A DNA stretch of 64,000 nucleotides from Ministeria vibrans ATCC 50519 (Eukaryota; Protista; Filasterea). The translations under genes and the position numbers were made by a program. The notes below the pieces were generated by a model. That model worked only from the letters and a program-made list of their open reading frames with translations. It had not been told where the DNA came from and did not search any database. The DNA lies in contig CALSCP010001507.1 of NCBI GenBank assembly GCA_943704425.1, positions 665 through 64,664 of the forward strand. Reading direction: 5' to 3'. Below, one piece after another: positions 1 to 13,411 of the stretch. How positions within the stretch are numbered: the stretch's first letter is position 1; the number at the start of each line of letters is the position of its first letter.

Positions 1-818
<818 letters not shown>

Positions 819-1393
819 TCTGCCAAAACAAAAAAATATATATTTGAAATTTGAAGTCCGAATAATTTCACCACAAAACGGCAAAGCTCAAAAAGCAGCA
901 AAAAGTAAGGGAATAGACCACTTCCGTCCCACGAATACTATACAACGATCCCAGATTCCCAGTTTAGTGAACCGATTTTGTGTCCACAACAAACTGTGAA
1001 ACAACAATACAAACACCACCTCCAGACCGCACAAACGCACTGTAACCCTACCTGCCATCTGTATGGCTTGCAATCAACTACACCGTAGACTTAGGGGCTA
1101 TGACAAGTCTGCGCTGTCGCTACAACAGGAAAATACCATAACACTGGATGATTCCTCGATCAGATCAAAACACACTCCCAACACATGCATATCGCCCGAT
1201 ATGGCAAACGGAGCAGAACTAAACGTTGTTTTGGTGAATTGCTGTGAACAGTGAAATGAGTGTGAATTGTGATGGACTTGAATCTTTAGTCGTTGATCGA
1301 ATTTCAAATCTCCCTCTGACTCAGATTGTTTGCTAACACTTTACCGACTGTGCAAGCTCTCCTCTTCACACAACCACCGACATAGCTTTTATC

Positions 1394-1923
1394 ATGAGTG
1401 CCTCTCTTCCCAGCGGCTGGGAGGAACACGTTTCGCGCAAAACAGGCCAAACGTACTTTCTCAATGTTCACACCAAAGAATCGCAATGGGACCGCCCTAC
1501 TGCGCCTGCGTCCAAGCCTAGTTCGTCGAAAGTGCGCGCTTCACACCTCTTGGTGAAGCACAGAGACTCGCGCCGCCCAGCAAGCTGGAAATCTGAGGTT
1601 ATCCAACGAGTCCTTTTTTGCTCTTCGTTTTGAAACACTCTTTGCGGCTGTTGTAGTCCATCACACGCACGAAGGAGGAGGCCATTGCGATTCTGGAAGG
1701 TAAAGCTAGGGTGCAGCGCGTTGAGCTGCGTTCCAGCCACTTTGCTTAGGGTTCCGACGACAGATTGTCAACAACGAAGTTACGTTTGAAGACCTTGCGT
1801 CGCGCGAGAGTGACTGTAGCAGTGCCAAGAAGGGTGGCGACCTTGGTCCCTTTGGCCGTGGTCAGATGCAGAGTAAGCGAACGAAGTGGTATTTCACGAA
1901 TGACGCATGGAGACTGATGTGCT

Positions 1924-2007
<84 letters not shown>

Positions 2008-2158
2008 ATTGTATATGTGTGTTATTGTATGTGTGTGTGTGTGTGTGTGTGGATTGGTAGAGCCCTTTGAGGATGCAACGTATGGACTGCGTGTTGGCGA
2101 GCTCAGCGGAATTGTCGATACGGATTCGGGGGTTCACATTATCCGGAGAACAATGTAG
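1394..2158 (+). CDS. PIN1: Peptidyl-prolyl isomerase Pin1 (WW + parvulin), 4 exons
   Basis: WW domain [31 protein letters not shown]; [44 protein letters not shown]; GT-AG introns join in frame. Confidence 0.96.
1926..2051. repeat. (GT)n microsatellite in Pin1 intron
   Basis: Visible directly in the sequence. Confidence 0.95.
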
Positions 2159-2555
2159 AAATGTGAAGTAGGCCAGTTTTTTTCTGCTTTTTTAAACGAG
2201 AAGTTGGAGGAGCTTGTTGATACCTCTGCAACACTGCACAGCCCTGAATGAGACTGATTGCCTGCTTTGCTACCCTAGCAATCAAGAAGAGCCTCCACTG
2301 GCCGAGGATGTGACTGCCTGGTGGGGGTCGCACTGTATTGTGTGTGTATTTCGTCTCACAATCCGTCTATTATAATTCTCCTTTCTGATCTGCCAATAAG
2401 TTGTCACACCATGTCCCGCACGTACACGAACGAAATCAAGAGAGTCATCACTTACTCTCGCATGTCCTTTTACTCCTATTCTCCCTCACTTTTTTTTCTC
2501 TCTCTCTCCCTCGCGCGTGCGCTCTTAGTCGTATCTAATATTATTCTGAGTACTT

Positions 2556-5500
2556 TCACTGAATAAATCCATAGTGACGCGCCATCCAGTAGGGCAAAAG
2601 GAAAGCGGACGGATCCCCCTCACTGGTTCCAGAGCCGCTATCAAGAGTAAACACATCGGCATTCCAACGCAGGGTGTTCTGCTCGTTGTAGGGTAGCACT
2701 CGCATGCTCTGCGACGCACTCGACCCAAACCGGTCCGTGTTTGGGTCGACGACAATGTCTTGCCGTTCGCTGTTGTGCACTTTCCAGGAGATCAGCTCCT
2801 ATTGAGTGACAGAATATTATAAAAAAATAATCATTATTGTTTATAATAATGATTAACGTCAAAATGGATTCAAGGCAAATAAATTTAACAATCATATTAA
2901 AATTGGTAGTCATTCAAAAAGCACTGAATGATTACTAGTTTCTCTCTGTATCACTTTGTTTTTTCTTCCTCCTTTCTCTCTCTCTCTCTCTATCACTTTG
3001 TTTTTTCTCCCTCTTTCTCTCTCTCTCTATCACTTTGTTTTTTCTCCCTCCTTTCTCTCTCTCTATCACTTTGTTTTTTCTCCCTCCTTTCTCTCTCTCT
3101 TTCTCTCATTCTCTCTCTATATATATCTTTCTCCTTTCTCTCTCTCTCTGTATCTTTCTCCTCTCTCTCTCTGTATCTTTCTCCTCTCTCTCTCTCCCTC
3201 TGTATCTTTCTCCTCTCTATCTTTCTCTCTCTTGATGCGTACCATTGGCCAAGTGCGCAGACACCACACCGCCTCCTCCAGATCTGTGTCCTCCTCATAT
3301 CCCATTGCTGAGTACATGACATTCCACAGCGACGATCGTTCTGAACGGTTAATGTGCCACGATCGCATAGCACTCAGCTTCATCTCATTCTTCAGTCCCA
3401 TATGCTCACTTCCGTTGTTAAACTACGAGTTTTAAAAATAATGTCAGTTTCAAATCACGACGGGCAAGAATAAAACAAGAGAGAGTGATCACTTCCAAAA
3501 TACAAAATACAAACGAGACAGACTCGAGAGTGCGAGAGTGACCAGTTCCCAATCCCACGCGATAATAAAAAAAGAGAGAAAGTGAGTGAAGCGCCAAATA
3601 TTTACCCAGAATGTGAAGTACGGCAACCACGCCAGTTCGTCGTCACTAAAATTATCGTCATCGGGAATCGTAATTTTCTACACAAATGAAACCGTCTTAG
3701 CGGCCTGTGCAATATACAATGACACGAATGATGTTCTTACTTGATTGATCATGTTCCTATCGTAGCGGTGATCTTTCACAAGATAGTCAAAGGCCGATTT
3801 GAGAGACTCGTCGCCACTCAATCGATACGCGGCAGAAAGGAACGAGAGGATTTGAAGAGCGTTAATTCCTACACAACAAAAATAAATAATTATTATTATT
3901 ATTACTGTGAATGAATGTGTTCTCACTCAAAATCCCTCTTGACACATTTTTCATTGAATCACTTTCAATTTTGCTGGTTTGCCATTCTCTCTCCAACAAA
4001 CTCACTCGCCCCCTTGGCTCACTCACTCACTCTCACACAATATTTCAATATCAAGCTCGCCCAACAAATAATAATAATTTTAATTTATAATACTTATTTG
4101 GTTTGTGTGGGTGTTCAGTCTCACTCAATCACTCTCACTCAGTCAACACAATTGTATGTACATCTTTACTTACCGCGTTCGTCATACCAAAAAGGATCGA
4201 CATTCAGCGTCTCAGGATCCCAATGGCCCCACGTGGTCGCATTGCCAAGCACACTACGCATCACGGGCATAATGGCATATTAATTGGTGCGGCAAAAAGT
4301 GAGTGTTTATTGCGGGTTGTTGTTCCGCTTGTGAATTAAAAAATTATTAGAATTTAATGAGGTGAAGTTGAAAACAATAAGACGAAACAAATGAAAAGAT
4401 CACAAAAATTACACACTAGAATCAGTGAGATTCAACAAAGAGTGAACACCAAACTCATTCAAATCGGCTTACGAGACCAACGTGAAGTTGTTGCGGGTGA
4501 TGTACTGCGCAATATCGACCGCAAGCGCCTTTGCCTGTGCGCGCTCGGCATCCGTTTCCGCAAGCAGATCGTGCACAATCGGATACACAAACATGTGGCC
4601 GCATACCTAAGCCAAAATAAACGTTTGTACAGTTTGAACGAATGGTGGGGTATGTTCAACGAAAGCCATGAAAATGCCAGCAGTCCCCAACCAATCCAAA
4701 TACAATTAATAAAGATGATACCTCGTCGCTACTTGCGTCGCCCTTGAATGTCCATCCCGGAAGAGCCTTAGACGGGTACCAGCGTCCTCCATGCTCGTGC
4801 GGGTCCGTGTCTTTGACAAACGATCGCGCCATCAGACCTAAAAGTAATTACAATTCCGTTGTAAACAGTCTTATTGGAATAAATGCGACGATAATGTGAT
4901 CAAAAAAAAGACGCAACACCGGTGAAGAAGCAACCACTCATAAGAGGGTGCGCTGTCAATTCTTGTAGTTTTAAGACGACGGAAAAGAAAGTAATCATAT
5001 AAATACGCAAAAATTTATCATATTTTTAGTCTTGTGAAACAAAACGCAGAAAAGTAGTAAACGCGACGAATAGAAGTATTATCATTACCTTTAATGCCAG
5101 TGATGTGATTGAGCTTCTGAAGGGCCAAAAAGTGCGGCCAGGCGGCGGACTTGACTTGGGGATCGCGGGTGACGGCATAGCGGAAGGACTGCGCAGCGAC
5201 ATAGAGGGAGGTCCAGAGGCCGTCGTTGTCGTTGTCGTGGCGCGTGAATCCGGTGAGGTTGCCCGGGGTGTTGAGAGCGCAGTCGGCGACGAGACCGTAG
5301 CGGTCGTGGCGAGGCTCGACGAGCGTTTGAAGATGCGCTGCTTTGCGCGAGAGGGTCCAGGACTCGGAACGGATCCATGCGAGTCCTTGGTCTGTCGCGA
5401 CGACTGTGAGGGGCGCGTGGGTGCCGTGGGGCGCTTCGACGTGCATACTCGTGTCGGTAGCAAGCACACGGTTGCCGGGAAGCCAGCGTTGGCCATTCAT

Positions 5501-7035
5501 GTAGGACCAGTCAGAGAAGGAGGAGGAGGAGGATGAGGAGGCGAGACCCGAGTTGGGCGAGTAGAGGGCGAGACCACCGTCGCGCGAGCCCACCCACACA
5601 CTCGGATCGCCCGTGAGACCCGACGCAGCCAGGGCTGTCACGTTGTTCACGGGGAGTCCACCATGAAGATAGCCGGCGAGACGGGTGTACGTGCCATTGG
5701 CATTAGCAATGTTCACACAGGCAGCGTTGCCAATCCACAGGGCAGCCTGGCCGTCACAGGCAAATGCAGTAGGCGCACCATCAACAAGACCATGGGTCCA
5801 GTCCCACCAATGAGTAAGCCCATTGTCGTCACTGCGGTACAGCTTCGCGTCCGTGCCAATAGCCAGCCCACACGCACTGTGCCAGTGCAGGGCGGTAGGC
5901 GGGAGCTTGACAAACGAGAGCACGCTCACTTGCTGTGTCGCAAGGTCGACCTAAAAAAAAATCGTGTTAAAAACAATATGGTTGTAGGGAAGAGGAGAAA
6001 GTGGAATAGAGAAAACCAAATCAAATTGAAATGAGGATGAATTTGAAGATGAACAGAGCAAAGAGAAAAAGAAGGGGAATTCCAAAACAAACCCCCAAAG
6101 TGAGAAAATATCAAAATAATTGGAAGAAAAAAAGAAAGAGGTAGAGAGCGATAAGAGAGAGAGAGCAACAAGAGAGGGGGAGAGAGAGAGAGAGGGAGAG
6201 AGAGGGAGAGAGAGGGAGAGAGAGGGAGAAAGAGAGAAACAAGGTGATAGAGGGAGAGAAGAGAAAACAAAGTGATAGAGAGAGAGAGAGAGAAACAAAA
6301 TAGAGAGAGAGAAAAAGAAAACAAAATGATAGAGAGATAGAGAGAGCAGTAAAAAGAGAATAAAAAACCCCAAATTTCAAACAAGATGAGACAAAACAGA
6401 TGAGACGACGACGACGACGACGACGAGTCAGGCCAATAGTATGTCAAAGGCTACCTTGAACACTTGACGGTCGCCCGCGACAAACGCCGTAGAGGTCTCG
6501 TGATTCACTGCAAGGCCCACGATATGCGTCGACGAGAAGGGGTGGGCAATGGTCGCGTCAAGGCGATCCTCGCGCACCACATACAGCTGCGTGGGCGTTG
6601 CAATCAACAGAGGCGCATTGGGGGCGGCGCTGCGGGACGACGCCAGACGCGAGCCGGGCACAAGGTGCAGGTCGAGGGCAAGATCGAGGCGAGTGAGGTC
6701 GGGAGTGGCGCCCGTTGCTGCGAGACGCAGTGCGTACAGCGATGCGTCGGCGAGAAGGTACGCACGCGCGTCGTCGCCGTCGTTGGCAGCGCTGTGGTCC
6801 ACCGCAACGTCGCGAATCGTAGGCGTGTCCAACTCAGGCCAAACTCCCACGCGTGGTGCGTCGCGGTAGGTCAGGCGAGTCGAAACTGCGAAGAGAATGA
6901 ATTTCGTGCAGAAAAAAATATATATATTCAACTCTTTCACTAACTGTGCTCGATGTAAGGCGTGTCCAGGACCAACTTGGACTGCGCCGTCAGAGGGTGG
7001 AGAAGGGATAGGAGAACGAGAGGGAGAAGGTACAT
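2556..7035 (-). CDS. Large secreted multi-exon protein: beta-propeller-like N-terminal half plus helical (glycoside-hydrolase-like) C-terminal half, bacterial-type family
   Basis: Signal peptide MYLLPLVLLSLLHPLTAQ; LPVNNVTALA / VWVGSRDGGLA propeller motifs; DNDNDGLWTSLYVAAQSFRYAVT, SDDELAWLP and FLLPYWMARHYGFI motifs. Confidence 0.65.
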
Positions 7036-7412
7036 CACGGGAATGAAATTGAAATTAGCAATAATAAATAATATTCAGAAATCTTTATTCTTCAGTCGAT
7101 GACGCATTCACAGACACAATAAATCGAACAAAAGTGAAGTATCTGATGGCTCTTGCCGATTCCTTGGACCTTGGCTCCTTTATCGCATAAACTGACAAAC
7201 CTGTAATTAATAAATCGCTCGTTTTCCAAAGTCGAACCTATTGCGTTGTAACTCTAAAGCACTGTAAAGCCTATCCAAGGTGACCACAAATGTAGTAACA
7301 CTAGCACTCTTAATGGGCCGTAACGTTGACTTTTTAATTAAAAATAGGTATATATAACCAAATAAGCAATTTCGCCGTCAGATGAAGTGGCACTTGCTTC
7401 TGCTTCCAAACT

Positions 7413-7514
7413 TGCTTCATAGTGTAGTTGGTTAGAATGAAAAACATCTGTTTTCCATGATTCCCACGATCGGCTCTGAACCGGTAGACCTGGGTTCGAA
7501 TCCCGGTGAGGCAA
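7413..7514 (+). tRNA. trnQ-CUG: tRNA-Gln(CUG) with a 29-nt intron (7436-7464) in the D-arm
   Basis: Acceptor stem TGCTTCA/TGAGGCA; anticodon arm ATCGG-CTCTGAA-CCGGT; T-arm CTGGG-TTCGAAT-CCCGG; D-stem GTGT/GCAC forms only after removing 7436-7464, giving a 73-nt cloverleaf. Confidence 0.88.
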
Positions 7515-7524
7515 TTTTTTTTTG
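7515..7524 (+). terminator. RNA polymerase III terminator (oligo-T)
   Basis: T-run immediately after the tRNA discriminator base. Confidence 0.75.
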
Positions 7525-7989
7525 CATTTTTGAGCAATATCTTTTAATTTTTTATATTATAATTATATTTTTTATTCGTGGTTTTGTTTTTTTTTTTTTT
7601 ACCAAAGTATACTTGTACTGAATGGCGTCTCCGCGTCTGTTTTGTGTCATCCTGTTCGACATGTTTGTTTCATTTATTGCTCAAGGAAAGGTAATATAAT
7701 GAACAACAAGTGCGATTTAACGGATTTATAATCATTGAATATTATCATAGGCTCTCTCTCCAACCGCGAAACTCCCAGGTCGGGTCTCTCAGTCTCTGTG
7801 GACTGTGACGACTAATGACCGATGAGTCTGACTCATTTTTAAGTCTGTCTGTCACTCTGAGGCATCTTCAGTCTGTGCTAACGTTCCAGCTTTGAGTCAA
7901 TATTTTTAATCATTGCCACTTCACCACTCCGCCGCCTTGTATCCCTTACCACCGCACCACCCCACCCCACCCCTTGCAACTCAGTTGTT

Positions 7990-8474
7990 ATGAACGTTGA
8001 CGAGATCCTCCGACGAATGGTTGCGGCGGGCGAGTCTCCCCCGCCCGCCAAGGCCGTCCTGGCCGCCCCGACCCTCGACGGGCTCAAAGAGTACCTGGAC
8101 GGGCTTGGCCGTCCCCCGCGCATCGTCACCATGGTGGGTGCTGGTGTGTCGACCAGTGCTGGTACGGTTCTAGTTGTGTACCAAGTGTGTATGTGTGTTG
8201 TAATTCTTATTATTCGATTGCTCAATACTTCGTCTAGGAATTCCCGACTTTCGTTCACGTAAGCCTTTTCTCCCTCGTCTCTCTCTCTCTCTCCCTCCCC
8301 TCTCTTTCTCCCTGCTCCACTGACGCTTTCTTTCATCTCTTCTCTTTTCGCATCCTTCTAGCTGGCACTGGTCTGTATGACAATCTGCAAGTACGACACT
8401 TTTGAGTTTGCATTCATCATTATGATTTGTTCTCTTTGTCTTGTTTTAGAAGTACAATCTTCCCTATCCCCAAG
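7990..8474 (+). CDS. SIRT2: Class I sirtuin (SIRT2-like), 5' part, exons 1-4
   Basis: IVTMVGAGVSTSA|GIPDFRS|PGTGLYDNLQ|KYNLPYPQ across GT-AG introns; ends at a phase-1 donor at 8475. Confidence 0.9.
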
Positions 8475-8489
8475 GTACGTACTTCGACA

Positions 8490-8925
<436 letters not shown>

Positions 8926-8960
8926 GTCTAACTCTCCCTTGTCTGTCTCGTGTGTTTCAG

Positions 8961-10495
8961 CATTGCGAGACACTATGTGGAACGCCATAGGCTGTTGGGA
9001 ACAGGCCCTTAAGGGAGACGGCGTCTCAGTAGATCCTATATTGCGCACGGGCACGCAATGCCTGACGCTCGTGCCCATTTTGGCGCAAGTGGAAGAAACT
9101 CGCATGCGACTGTTGCAAACGGAAGGTTTTCTGACGGCGTTTGTGACGCTTGCATCGGCAAATCCGCCCACGAGTGTGGCAGAGGATGTCAAGGTGAGTT
9201 TTATGCGGATGGGCACGTCGGCGCTGTCGGCTGTATTTGCCTGGCTGGCCTCCGCGAGCGAAGACTCACAGCGTACCCTGGGTGCCAATGCGGAGTATGT
9301 TGAGGGAGCTCTGGATGCGCTTGAGAACAGTGTGGCGCTTCGAGGCATCTTCTATGTAGAGGAGGCGCTCGACTCGCTGCTAGATTTGGCCTTTGTGACA
9401 GCCCATCGACACGACATGACGGGCGAGCACGAAGACGAACAGAGTTTGTGTGTGCCGGCGTTCGAGGCGATCATTGCGCGAAATGGTGTAAAGCAGTTTG
9501 TGCTTGCATGGAATGTGGCCATGGAGAAGCGCGTGCGCTCCGACGATGTCGATGCAGATCAAGTCGTCACCGAGGACACGTACGACACGAATGCTGATGG
9601 TGATGTTGAATTGTATATTAACGTTGAGTGTTTGAACTGTGTTATGGTTAATAGGTGTCGCGTTCACATTGTAATGCAGACACTGCACTTTCTGTCGGCG
9701 CTTGTCTCTGTGCGATCATTACTACCCTCACTGGTGACGCAGCTGAGCAGTCCAGATGTTAGTGCGATTGTGTGCCAGCGACTGGCCGATGCCTTGTGTT
9801 GGGACTCGTGGCGATCGCGGTCGGTGCGCGAGTCGATTGAAGGCAGCGGTGGACGTGTGAATGCGGCACTGACAGTTATTGAGGCGTTGGGTGTGACGGA
9901 GACATTGTTGCTGGCACGCGATCGTCGCGACATTGACCTGTTGCGACATGTGAGTGAGCTTCCGCGTCACCTCGACGATGTCATGGTACGCAAAAAAAGT
10001 TCCGTGCCACGCCAGTTTATCGATGTGACGGCACCCGCGTTGCTTCTGCGTGTCACTACCTTTCTCAATGACGTGGTGGAGCCAATGGCGCGCTCCAGTG
10101 CAGCTGTGCGAGAGCGTTTGATGGCCGCAAAGGCGTATGCTATGGAACGGACCTCGGCGCGCTCAAGTCGACGCTCGTCCATTGCCAGTGTGGCTGCGCG
10201 TACACGCGGCATGAGCGAGACCGTGCTCTGCTCCTTTTGTGGCGAGTCTAAGGGAAAGCTACGTCTATGCACTGGATGCATGTCCGCGCGCTACTGCGGC
10301 GTCAAGTGTCAGCGGGCACACTGGCGAGCGCACATGCAAGAATGTCGTGTGCCAGCCGCAACATCACGAAAAGGAACAGCTGCAGTCAACGCACAGGGCT
10401 CCGATGCAACCAAGGCTGACGTGGCCGCCATTGAAGAGGAAAACGAGGGCGAAGAGGATGGTATCTCTGGATGGAAAGAATCCGAAATCTTGTAA
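8961..10495 (+). CDS. MYND zinc-finger protein with helical N-terminal region (5' end uncertain)
   Basis: CSFCGESKGKLRLCTGCMSARYCGVKCQRAHWRAHMQEC is a MYND finger; ORF follows a tttcag acceptor at 8960 (phase 1) or starts at ATG 8975. Confidence 0.85.
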
Positions 10496-10554
10496 AATCA
10501 AAAAGAAAGTAATGAAAGCACAATAAAATTATTATTGAAAAACGAAGCAGTCAC

Positions 10555-11466
10555 TTAATGAGCACTCATTCGAGCACTCCAGCGCTTCTTGACTTCATCC
10601 AGCTCATCTTGCATGCCCTGAAAGCATTCGCCAACGTGCTTTGCCTTCATTGCTAAGTGTACAAAATGGAAAAAAAGTTGTTTAAAGAGAATTTTTGACG
10701 AAAAACAGAATGAAATTGAAATAATTTACTGTACCGATTTGAGAGACCATTTGTTCCACTTCAGCGGCCGTTTCATGGAGACCAAGCTGCTGAATAGACT
10801 GCGTGCATGACACAATCATACTGTCCACCATAGAATCCACAGCTTCATGCATCTCAGTGCTGAACGCTACAACACAAGACCATAAGAATACAAAACAAGT
10901 TTCGCTTTCGTTTCATTTTCGTTTGCATTCCTCTGCACCCGCCATTGGGTGGAACCCAGAGGAATTGATGAATTAAAATAGTATTGGTGTATACCGCGGT
11001 AGAGTTCATCGAGATGCGAGTCGTTCAGGCGCATTTTGGAGGTCGATGTGTCGAAGATGCCTTGTAAGCAGACGATTTGCTCGCCAAGCACCTTGGGGAC
11101 GACTGCATCGAGCTGGGGACAGTGAACCGGCGGTCCCAGCGAGCCAAACAACTCGACGTTCACCGAGAAGCTCGCTGATGGGTAAGGCAACGAGGCAGCG
11201 GCAGGACAAGGCGGCGACGTCACTTCGACTTCGGCGCGCATTTTCTCGTCGTCGTCCTCATCGCCTGTTTCGGCTCTCACGCTGCCGATTTTGCAAGGCT
11301 CAACCATAAAATTGTGTGTTTGTTCAAGGTGTCCTTGACTGGGGCTGTTGGCGTTGCTGCTGGAGTCGCCGTTCGACGAAGCGGAGCTCTGCGCGGCCAT
11401 TTCATCCATTTCGCAATCATTTTTGCTAGACGCCATACACTCCTCCTTGTCGTACAACGTGTTCAT
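10555..11466 (-). CDS. Hypothetical protein, about 3 exons
   Basis: Long first-exon ORF plus exons FSTEMHEAVDSMVDS... and MKAKHVGECFQGMQDELDEVKKRWSARMSAH*; no family recognised. Confidence 0.6.
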
Positions 11467-11780
11467 ATCAGCTATTCAGCTTTTGTGGATGATACGCGAT
11501 AAAGTTTTGATTGTTTTTTTGAATAAAAAAAGTGGTAAAGTGTAATCTTTTACATTTTGAACTATGAAACATATATTATCAGTGTGACATTCACTCAGTG
11601 ACAGTAACACAATGTAATGACTAATGAATACTCCGTACTTCGTACTCCGTACTCCGTGATGAGTGTGATCAACTAATGATAGGTAAGAATAAATGAAGTC
11701 ATTGAGGTGATTTAGATTGATAATATTTATTAATTTTAATTAATACCAAAACTTTTACGTTTCATTCTCACAGCCCGACG

Positions 11781-13160
11781 ATGGAGAAGCAACCGCTGCT
11801 TGGATCTCAAGACCAGGGTCCCTACTACCCCCCGCCGAACAGTGGAAACTACCCACAGGTACGAGAGAAACAACACCCTCCGCTCGCACCGGCTCACGCA
11901 TGCTTTGTGGGCCTTGGACGCCCAGGGAGCGCCCGGCCAGCCGCCGTACGCACCTGTTGCGCAGCAGCCGGGGGCCCAGGCGCCGCAGCCTGCGCCTGGC
12001 GGGCCCGTGCAGCCGTACTCGGCGCCCCCTGGCTTCCAACAACAGCCGGGCGTCGTGCTCATGCCGCAGCCACAGCCCCCCGCCCAGTCCTGTCCCCAGG
12101 GACTCGAGTACCTTGGCTATGTCGACCAGATCCTCGTCCACGAGGCTGTCAACCTATTGCAAAGTACGCAAAAATTTCCCAAAGCGAAAAAAATAAATAA
12201 ATTATTATAAAAAAAATGTATTTGACTTGTTTCTGACCTTCTCGTTCCCCCAACAGGCCTGACGGGCTTTGAGCAGAACAACAACTTCCAGATCAAGAAC
12301 ACGCTTGGCCAACAAATCTTTGTCGCGTCCGAAGGTAGAACCAAGTTCGTACGACTCAACCTCCTCTCACACTTCTCCTGCGCGCTCCTCTGCGATCAGA
12401 CACCGACTGCTGCACGCGCCAGTGTTGCGGTCAAGCACGCCCCTTCCTCATTCACATCCTGGACAACTTCGGCAAAGAAGTGATGAGCATCACGCGTCCC
12501 TTTCGCTTCTCCAACGTGTGCACACCTTGCATCCTCCCCATCAACTTCTGTTGCCTCCAGGACCTCACTGTCACCGCTGCCAACGGTCAAGTTCTGGGCC
12601 ATGTTGTTCAGCGATGGTCTCTGTGTGCCCCCCGCTTTGACGTGCGCGACGCGTCGGGCGCCACCGTCCTCGAGATCCGCGGGCCCATCTGCATCTGTCA
12701 GTGCGCTGTTGTCAACTTTGAGGTGTACGCGCCTGGTTCCTCCCAGCCTATTGGTCGCATCTCAAAGCAGTGGGGTGGTCTTGTCAAGGAGCTGTAAGGA
12801 CGATCATTGTGTGTCAATCAGAGTTTGCCTTTGCGAGTGTGTTGTTTGTGCTTATGGTATTATGTATGTGTATGTATGTGTGTGTGTATGGTTCACCGTA
12901 CTTTATGTGTATGTGATGTGGTTCTTTATGTGACTTTTTTTTTCTTTGAGTTTCATTGTTCTATGTGAGTGATGTGCACTCTGCGATGTGTCTTGACACT
13001 GCCATCCCTTCTCAGGTTCACCTCTGCCGACAACTTTGGTGTGTCCTTCCCCATGCAACTCGACATCACGCAGAAGGCACTGCTTCTCGGCGCTGTCTTT
13101 CTCATTGACTACATGTACTTTGAGGACCGTAATAGGGATCGGGAAGAGCGTCGCTTTTAA
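11781..13160 (+). CDS. PLSCR: Phospholipid scramblase
   Basis: Pro/Gln-rich N-terminus, [70 protein letters not shown]. Confidence 0.93.
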
Positions 13161-13411
13161 CCCTAATACACAGTCTCGTATTTTATCAAATTATAGTAAT
13201 AGTAATTATTATTAGGAACAAAAGATTATTAGGAATAAATGAAGTGAAAAAGTAAATAAAAGACTTAAAAGTTAAAGACTTTATTGGACGCTGCGATCAA
13301 ACACAATACGACGCATAATACAAACACTCTCCCTCACTCTCTCTCTCTCTTTCCCTCTCTCTCTCTTTCCCTCTCTCTCTCTTTTATTCCCTGTTGCTGC
13401 TTAAGTTTTCA

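Noticed and set aside
7334-7537. 67-aa minus-strand ORF
   Set aside because: Antisense to the tRNA gene; no coding features
11628-11657. TACTCCG heptamer array and other short repeats as CRISPR or telomere
   Set aside because: Only four units, no spacers, eukaryotic context; a simple tandem repeat
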